Shown here piece by piece: positions 58,433 through 64,000 of a stretch of 64,000 nucleotides of DNA. The first letter of the stretch is position 1, and the number at the start of each line of letters is the position of its first letter. The DNA is taken from the NCBI GenBank assembly GCA_963805625.1, contig CAWDVE010000010.1, positions 192,001 through 256,000 of the forward strand. Direction: 5' to 3'. The notes beneath the pieces were generated by a model. It was not told where the DNA came from. It saw only the letters and a list, made by a program, of their open reading frames with translations, and did not search any database. This DNA comes from an uncultured Candidatus Rokubacteria bacterium. GTDB taxonomy: Bacteria > Methylomirabilota > Methylomirabilia > Rokubacteriales > DASRDR01. The translations under genes and the position numbers were made by a program.

Positions 58433-59745
58433 CCGCCGGCCAGGGACACCCGAAGCCCGGCGCGCCGCCGCGGGAGCTGGGGCTCCGCCCGGAGTCGAGC
58501 CGTCGGGCCGTGGCCAACCTTGATCCGGTCCCGCGTCTCGTCCTTTCCAACGGTCTGACGGTGCTGGTGCGCGAGAACCGCGGCGCCCCGGTCGTTGCCA
58601 TGACCCTCCTGTCCCGGGGCGGTGCGGCGGACGAGGCGCCGGAGCTGAACGGGTTGACGGCTCTCCTGGGGCGCGTGCTCCTCAAGGGGACGCGGGCGCG
58701 AACCGCCGTCGAGGTCGCGAGCGCCGCCGAGGACGCGGGGGGCGGCATCGAGAGCGGGGCCGACCAGGAGTACGGGGAGCTGCGGACCTGGGGTCTCGCG
58801 CGACACTGGCGACGCCTCCTCGCCCTGCTCCACGAGGTGGCCACCAAGCCGCGCCTCGCGGACGACGAGATCGAGCGGGAGCGAGGGGTGCTCCTGGCCC
58901 AGATCCGCGGCCTCGAGGATCAGCCCGCCCAGGTCGCCAACCGCGTCCTCGCGCGAGCGCTCTTTGGTCCGCGGGGGTACGGGTTGCCGACGAGCGGAGA
59001 GGAGGCGACCGTCGCGCAGCTCACGCGGGCGAACCTGCTCGAGCGGTTCGGGGAGGCGTACACGGCCGACCGGCTGGTGCTCGCCGTGTCAGGGGCCGTG
59101 ATCGCCGGTGACGTGCTCGGCGAGGTGGGACGGCTCTTCGAGGGGCTCCGACGTGGCGGGCCGGTGTCCGCGCCGCCGCCGCCGCCGGAGCGGCCGGTCC
59201 GTATCCGCGAGCACGAGATATCGCCGACCCAGCAGGCCCACGTCTTGCTCGGCTATCTCGCGCCTCCCGTCGCCGCGCCGGATCACGTCGCCCTCAAGGT
59301 TGCGAACGGCGTCCTGGGCGGCGGGATGTCGAGCCGGCTGTTTCGGACCCTCCGGGACGAGGAGGGGCTCGCCTACTCGGTGGGGTCGGCCTATCCCACC
59401 CGGCGGGGAGCCGGCCGCGTCGTGCTACACATCGGCACGGCGCCGGAGAACGTGTCGGCGGCCGAGGCCGGTCTCCGGCGAGAAGTCGATCGCCTGTCCG
59501 GCGAGCCGGTGCCCGAGGACGAGCTCGCGCGCACCAAGGCCTACCTCTCCGGATCCTTCGTGCTGGACCGCCGGACGAACATGCGTCAGAGCTTCTATCT
59601 GGCGTTCTACGAGGTGATGGGGGTGGGCGCCGAGTACGTGCTGCACTACCCGAGCCTCCTCGAGGCGGTCGGCGTGACCGACGTGCTGCGCTCCGCGCGT
59701 CGCCATCTGGTCGAGCCGGCCGTGGTGGTGGTCGGCCCGGCTTGA
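58429..59745 (+). CDS. M16 family peptidase, non-catalytic partner; start 58429 or 58510
   Basis: LSNGL.V. HxxEH is absent. SSRLF..LR...GLAYSV is present. Confidence 0.88.
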   Translation: MTAGQGHPKPGAPPRELGLRPESSRRAVANLDPVPRLVLSNGLTVLVRENRGAPVVAMTLLSRGGAADEAPELNGLTALLGRVLLKGTRARTAVEVASAAEDAGGGIESGADQEYGELRTWGLARHWRRLLALLHEVATKPRLADDEIERERGVLLAQIRGLEDQPAQVANRVLARALFGPRGYGLPTSGEEATVAQLTRANLLERFGEAYTADRLVLAVSGAVIAGDVLGEVGRLFEGLRRGGPVSAPPPPPERPVRIREHEISPTQQAHVLLGYLAPPVAAPDHVALKVANGVLGGGMSSRLFRTLRDEEGLAYSVGSAYPTRRGAGRVVLHIGTAPENVSAAEAGLRREVDRLSGEPVPEDELARTKAYLSGSFVLDRRTNMRQSFYLAFYEVMGVGAEYVLHYPSLLEAVGVTDVLRSARRHLVEPAVVVVGPA

Positions 59746-59760
59746 GAGCCGGCTGGCGCC

Positions 59761-60504
59761 GTGCTGCCGCTCAAGGACAACGTACCGACTCGTTCCTTCC
59801 CGGCCGTCTCGGTCGCCCTGATCGCCGTCAACGTCGTCATCTATCTCTACGAGTTCTTTCTGTGGTTCGACCCGGCGACCGCCAGCCGGCCGTCGCTGGG
59901 GGCCAAGCTCTACGAGCAGCTCGTCATCGAGTTCGGCCTGATTCCGTGCCGGTTCGGGGACATTTGTCCGCCGGGGCTCGACACGGTGCTGGCCGGGGCC
60001 CCCGCGCCGGGGCTGACGATCTTCACGTCGATGTTCCTCCACGGGGGGCTGCTCCACGTCGGCGGGAACATGCTCTACCTCTGGATCTTCGGCAAGAACG
60101 TCGAGGATTCGATGGGGCACGGGCGATTTCTCGTCTTCTACCTCGTGTGCGGGCTGGCGGCGGCGGCCGCTCAGTACGCCCTGGATCCCGCGTCGGCCAT
60201 TCCGATGGTGGGCGCGAGCGGCGCGGTCTCCGGGACCCTGGGCGCGTACCTCCTGCTGCATCCGCGCGCGCGGATCTGGACCCTGGTGATCTTCGGCTAC
60301 TTCGCGCGGATGATCCCGGTGCCCGCCATGGTCGTGCTCGGGTTCTGGGTGGTGCTGCAGTTCGTCAACAGCATCTTCACGTTCGCTCGGGGTGGCGCCG
60401 GGGGGATCGCGTTCCTGGCCCACCTAGGCGGCTTCGTCGCCGGTCTCACGCTCATCGGCCTCTTCCGGCGCCCGCGAATCCGGCGCCGGCGACGATGGGC
60501 CTGA
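59761..60504 (+). CDS. rhomboid family intramembrane serine protease
   Basis: PLKD, SMFLHGG..H..GNM, GASGA and AHLGGF. Confidence 0.93.
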   Translation: MLPLKDNVPTRSFPAVSVALIAVNVVIYLYEFFLWFDPATASRPSLGAKLYEQLVIEFGLIPCRFGDICPPGLDTVLAGAPAPGLTIFTSMFLHGGLLHVGGNMLYLWIFGKNVEDSMGHGRFLVFYLVCGLAAAAAQYALDPASAIPMVGASGAVSGTLGAYLLLHPRARIWTLVIFGYFARMIPVPAMVVLGFWVVLQFVNSIFTFARGGAGGIAFLAHLGGFVAGLTLIGLFRRPRIRRRRRWA

Positions 60505-60620
60505 CGTGGGGGCGGCCCGCGGACGGGTGCCGCAATCGACCGGCCGATCGGCGCCCCGGTCAGCTTCCGATCAGCCGGAGGACTGCTGCGGCCTATAATC
60601 GGGCGGAGGCAAGGACAGGG

Positions 60621-62042
60621 GTGAAGACCGGGCTCGATCCGATCAAATTCGGCACGTCCGGGTGGCGCGCGCGGATGGCGGACACCTACACGTTCGCGAA
60701 CGTGCGGCGTCTCACGCGGGCCATCGCGGACCATCTCAAGGAGACGGGCGAGGCGGAGCACGGTGTCGTCGTCGGATACGACACGCGCTTTCTCTCCGAG
60801 GATTTCGCTGCCGCCGCCGCCGGGACGCTTGCTCAGGCGGGCGTCCGGTGCCGTCTCGCGGTCGCGGCCGTGCCGACGCCGACCGTGGCCCACGCCGTCC
60901 TCCATCATCGGGCGGCGGCCGGGATCATGATCACGGCCAGCCACAACCCGGCGCCGGACAACGGGCTCAAGCTGTCGGGCTCGACCGGCGGGCCGGCCCT
61001 CCCCGAGGTGACCCGGGCGGTCGAGGCGCGGGTCGCGGGCCTGGCCGATCCGGGCGGAATGCCGATCGCGGACGCGCGCGCGGCGGGGCTCGTGGAGCCT
61101 GCCGATTTCGCGCCGGCGTATCTCGACCAGTGCCGGCGGCTCATCGACCTCGACGCCATCCGCCAGGCCCGCCTTCGCGTGGTGGTGGACGTCATGTACG
61201 GACCCGCGCGAGGCTACCTCGATCGCCTGCTCGGGGAGGCGGGGTGCGAGGTCACGCTGCTCCACGGGGCGCGTGACGTCACCTTCGGCGGCCACCCCCC
61301 GGAGCCGGCGGAGGAGTACCTCGGTGAGCTGATTGGGACGGTGCGCGAGCAGGGGGCGCACCTCGGTCTCGCCACGGACGGCGACGCCGATCGCTTCGGC
61401 GTCGTGGACCGGGACGGGACGGTGCTGGCGCCGAACCCGATCCTGGCGCTCGTGCTGCGGCACCTCCTGGGCCACCGCGGCTGGCGCGGTGGCGTGGCCC
61501 GGAGCGTGGCGACGACGCACCTCCTCGATGGGCTGGCGGCCCGTCACGGCTTGGAGCTCCACGAGACGCCCGTCGGCTTCAAGTACCTGGGCGACCTGAT
61601 CACGCAGGGCCGCGCCATGTTCGGGGGGGAGGAGTCGGGCGGCATGAGCCTCAGAGGGCATCCCCCCGAGAAGGACGGGATCCTCGCGTGCCTCCTGGCC
61701 GCGGAGGTCGCGGCGGTGGAAGGCGCGGCGCTCGGCGCCGTGCTGGAGCGGCTCTACGCGGAGGTGGGGCGGCTCCTTTCCATCCGGGTGAATGTGCCCC
61801 TCTCCGAGGAGGTGCGCCGGGCGTTGCCGGGGCGGATGGCCGCGCCTCCGACGGTCCTCGGGCCGTGGGCCGTTAGGCGCGTCCAGACCACGGACGGGCT
61901 CAAGCTTCACCTGGACGGCGGCGCCTGGGTCCTCGTGCGGCCGTCCGGCACCGAGCCCGTGGCGCGGCTCTACGTGGAGGCGCCGGACCCCCGGACCCTC
62001 GAGGCGCTGCGGGAGGCCGCCCTGCGCCACTTCTTCGGATGA
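60621..62042 (+). CDS. phosphoglucomutase/phosphomannomutase family protein
   Basis: IKFGTSGWR, TASHNP, DGDADR, GEESGG and RPSGTEP. TATAAT at 60594. Confidence 0.93.
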   Translation: MKTGLDPIKFGTSGWRARMADTYTFANVRRLTRAIADHLKETGEAEHGVVVGYDTRFLSEDFAAAAAGTLAQAGVRCRLAVAAVPTPTVAHAVLHHRAAAGIMITASHNPAPDNGLKLSGSTGGPALPEVTRAVEARVAGLADPGGMPIADARAAGLVEPADFAPAYLDQCRRLIDLDAIRQARLRVVVDVMYGPARGYLDRLLGEAGCEVTLLHGARDVTFGGHPPEPAEEYLGELIGTVREQGAHLGLATDGDADRFGVVDRDGTVLAPNPILALVLRHLLGHRGWRGGVARSVATTHLLDGLAARHGLELHETPVGFKYLGDLITQGRAMFGGEESGGMSLRGHPPEKDGILACLLAAEVAAVEGAALGAVLERLYAEVGRLLSIRVNVPLSEEVRRALPGRMAAPPTVLGPWAVRRVQTTDGLKLHLDGGAWVLVRPSGTEPVARLYVEAPDPRTLEALREAALRHFFG

Positions 62043-62893
62043 GCCCCGCCGGGACTGCTCGTGCAGCCCGGATTCGCCTGGACGAGCTGCTCGTGACGCA
62101 GGGGCTCGCGTCGAGTCGCGCCGAGGCCGCGCGGTTGATCCTCGCCGGGCGGGTGCGGCTGCCGGGCGGCGTGCCCGCGAAGGCCGGCCGGCTCGTGGCG
62201 CCTGACACTCCGGTGGAGCAGGTCGCGGCGGCACCCTTCGTCGGGCGGGGCGGGGAGAAGCTCGCGGCGGCGCTCGAGACCTTCGACGTGGACGTCCGGG
62301 GGCGGGTGTGCCTGGACGTTGGCGCGTCCACCGGGGGGTTCACCGACTGCCTGCTCGGCCGCGGTGCCCTCCGCGTCCACGCGGTAGACGTGGGGCACGG
62401 CCAGCTCCACCCCCGCCTCCGCGACGACGCCCGCGTGGTGGTGTGGGAGGGTGTGAACGCGCGGCATCTCGATCCTGCCCGGTTCTCCGATCGCCCGAGC
62501 CTCGCCACGGTCGACGTGTCCTTCATCTCGCTCGGCAAGGTTCTGCCCGCCGTGGCCGCGTGCCTTGACGACCCGGCTGAGATCGTCGCCCTCGTGAAGC
62601 CCCAGTTCGAGGTCGGCCCCGCTCAGGTGGGCAAGGGAGGCGTGGTCCGAGCGTGGGAGGCGCGCCGGGACGCGGTCCGGGGCGTTGCCGGCGCTGCGCT
62701 CGAGATGGGGCTCCGCATCGGGGGCGTGGCCGCGTCGGTGCTCCACGGCCCGAAAGGGAACCGCGAGGTCTTTCTCTATCTCGCCCGAGACCTCGGACCT
62801 CGGCCGTCGCTCGCGGACGTGATCTTCGAGGCCGCTCTCGCCGCGGCCGTTCCAGTCGAGAACCGTTCGGACGCCGGAAGGATAGCTCGGTGA
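62039..62893 (+). CDS. tlyA: TlyA family rRNA 2'-O-methyltransferase
   Basis: S4 RLD.LL, RGGEKL, DVGASTGGFTD, DVSFISL, KPQFE and GPKGNRE. Confidence 0.93.
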   Translation: MSPAGTARAARIRLDELLVTQGLASSRAEAARLILAGRVRLPGGVPAKAGRLVAPDTPVEQVAAAPFVGRGGEKLAAALETFDVDVRGRVCLDVGASTGGFTDCLLGRGALRVHAVDVGHGQLHPRLRDDARVVVWEGVNARHLDPARFSDRPSLATVDVSFISLGKVLPAVAACLDDPAEIVALVKPQFEVGPAQVGKGGVVRAWEARRDAVRGVAGAALEMGLRIGGVAASVLHGPKGNREVFLYLARDLGPRPSLADVIFEAALAAAVPVENRSDAGRIAR

Positions 62894-63786
62894 GCGAGGC
62901 GCAGGGCGGGGGCGGGAGGGGGCGGATGCGGCGCGTCGGGGTGGTCGCGCGGCGGGACCGGGCCGAGGCGCGCGATGTGACGCGAGGGCTGGTCCAGTGG
63001 CTGACCGCGCACGGGCGGGAGGTCGTGATCGACAGCGAGACCTCCGGGGCCCTCGGGCTCCCCGGTGTGACGGTGGTGGAGCGGCAGGCTCTTCCCGGCA
63101 AGGTCGACCTCATCGTCGTCCTCGGGGGCGACGGAACACTGCTCGCGGTCGCGCGCCTCGTCGACGGTCTGGACGTGCCCATCCTCGGCGTCAACCTCGG
63201 AGGCCTCGGCTTCCTGACGGCGACCACGCTCGAGGCGCTCTTCCCAACGCTCGAGGCAGTCTTACGAGGGGAGTACGCCGCGGAGGAGCGCCTCGTCCTG
63301 GTGGCGGGGCTGACGCGGGGCGGCGCCCTCGTGGCGGAGCAGTTCGCGCTGAACGACGTCGTGGTGGCGAAGGGGGCCCTCGGCCGGCTGATCGACCTCG
63401 ACGTGCGCGCTGACGGGCAGCCGATGACGGCCTATCGCGCCGACGGGCTCATCATTGCGACCCCCACCGGCTCGACCGCCTACAACCTCTCGGCGGCCGG
63501 GCCGATCCTCTTCCCCACGATGGACGCGGTGGTCCTGACCCCGATCTGCTCGCATACGCTGACGAACCGGCCGATCGTGCTGCCGGCGTCGATCCGGCTG
63601 GAGGTGACCCTCCTGACGGAGGCGCCCGACGTGATGCTCTCGGTCGACGGCCAGCCGGGCCCGCCGGTGGCGGCGGGGGACGTGGTGCACGTCCGGCAGG
63701 CCGGCGCCCGGATTCGCCTGATCCGGGACCCGCGGAAATCCTACTTCGAGGTGCTACGCACGAAGCTAAAATGGGGCGAACGCTGA
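62890..63786 (+). CDS. nadK: NAD(+) kinase; start 62890 or 62926
   Basis: LGGDGT, GVN.G.LGFL, ALND and DGLIIATPTGSTAY. Confidence 0.95.
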   Translation: MSEAQGGGGRGRMRRVGVVARRDRAEARDVTRGLVQWLTAHGREVVIDSETSGALGLPGVTVVERQALPGKVDLIVVLGGDGTLLAVARLVDGLDVPILGVNLGGLGFLTATTLEALFPTLEAVLRGEYAAEERLVLVAGLTRGGALVAEQFALNDVVVAKGALGRLIDLDVRADGQPMTAYRADGLIIATPTGSTAYNLSAAGPILFPTMDAVVLTPICSHTLTNRPIVLPASIRLEVTLLTEAPDVMLSVDGQPGPPVAAGDVVHVRQAGARIRLIRDPRKSYFEVLRTKLKWGER

Positions 63787-63802
63787 TCGTTTCGGAGGGC
63801 GG

Positions 63803-64000
63803 GTGCTCAGAGAGCTCAGGGTTCGTAACCTCGCGGTCATCGAGTCGCTGACGGTCCCCTTCGGCCCAGGCCTGAACGTCCTCACGGGCGAGACGGGCGC
63901 GGGAAAGTCGATCCTCATCGACGCATTGACCCTGCTTCTCGGTGAGCGGGTTCAGCCGGCCGAGACGATCCGCGCCGGTGCTGAGAGCGCCACCATCGAG
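63803..64000 (+). CDS. recN: DNA repair protein RecN, 3' part outside the window
   Basis: Manual translation MLRELRVRNLAVIESL.V.F.PGLNVLTGETGAGKSILIDAL. Follows tlyA-nadK synteny. Confidence 0.92.
   Translation, partial: MLRELRVRNLAVIESLTVPFGPGLNVLTGETGAGKSILIDALTLLLGERVQPAETIRAGAESATIE

Noticed and set aside
58429-59745. M16 protein lacking HxxEH as a pseudogene or novelty
   Set aside because: Active/inactive M16B heterodimer pairs are well known.

Overview
Very GC-rich bacterial DNA, roughly 70% GC by eye. Gene content and style suggest Ca. Rokubacteria/Methylomirabilota, which is an inference only. The window has five zones. (1) 1-12 kb: sufS, a NitT/TauT-type ABC importer with two binding proteins plus a divergent ureohydrolase and an FmdB-like Zn ribbon, a lactonase/M20 pair, glyQS, an agmatinase and an F420-type protein. 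(2) About 12.1-34.8 kb: a large methionine-rich copper/silver-type island. It carries c-type cytochromes, YHS, an atypical RND-MFP-TolC, CopA, a cupredoxin, DUF2933/ICMT, a Gly/Met-repeat protein with a TPR lipoprotein, and a ZraP/S/R-like sigma54 two-component module. It also has four sigma54-type promoters, paired CGAC-N6-GTCG candidate enhancers, three small Cys/Pro-rich leader ORFs resembling metal-responsive arrest peptides, and a membrane class III cyclase with guanylyl-type (E/G) specificity residues. This zone is the best candidate for an undescribed system. (3) 35-40 kb: membrane proteins, tag and nfeD-stomatin. (4) 40.4-50 kb: a decayed integration hotspot around tRNA-Ala(CGC) with tyrosine- and serine-recombinase stubs and other gene fragments. 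(5) 50-64 kb: core genes, namely murA (Cys-to-Asp variant), a His-less pseudo-histidine kinase with an HD-GYP regulator, HIT, an M16 pair, rhomboid, PGM/PMM, tlyA, nadK and recN. Many genes look leaderless. No CRISPR array or rRNA was seen. All family names come from motif recognition by eye, not from database searches.
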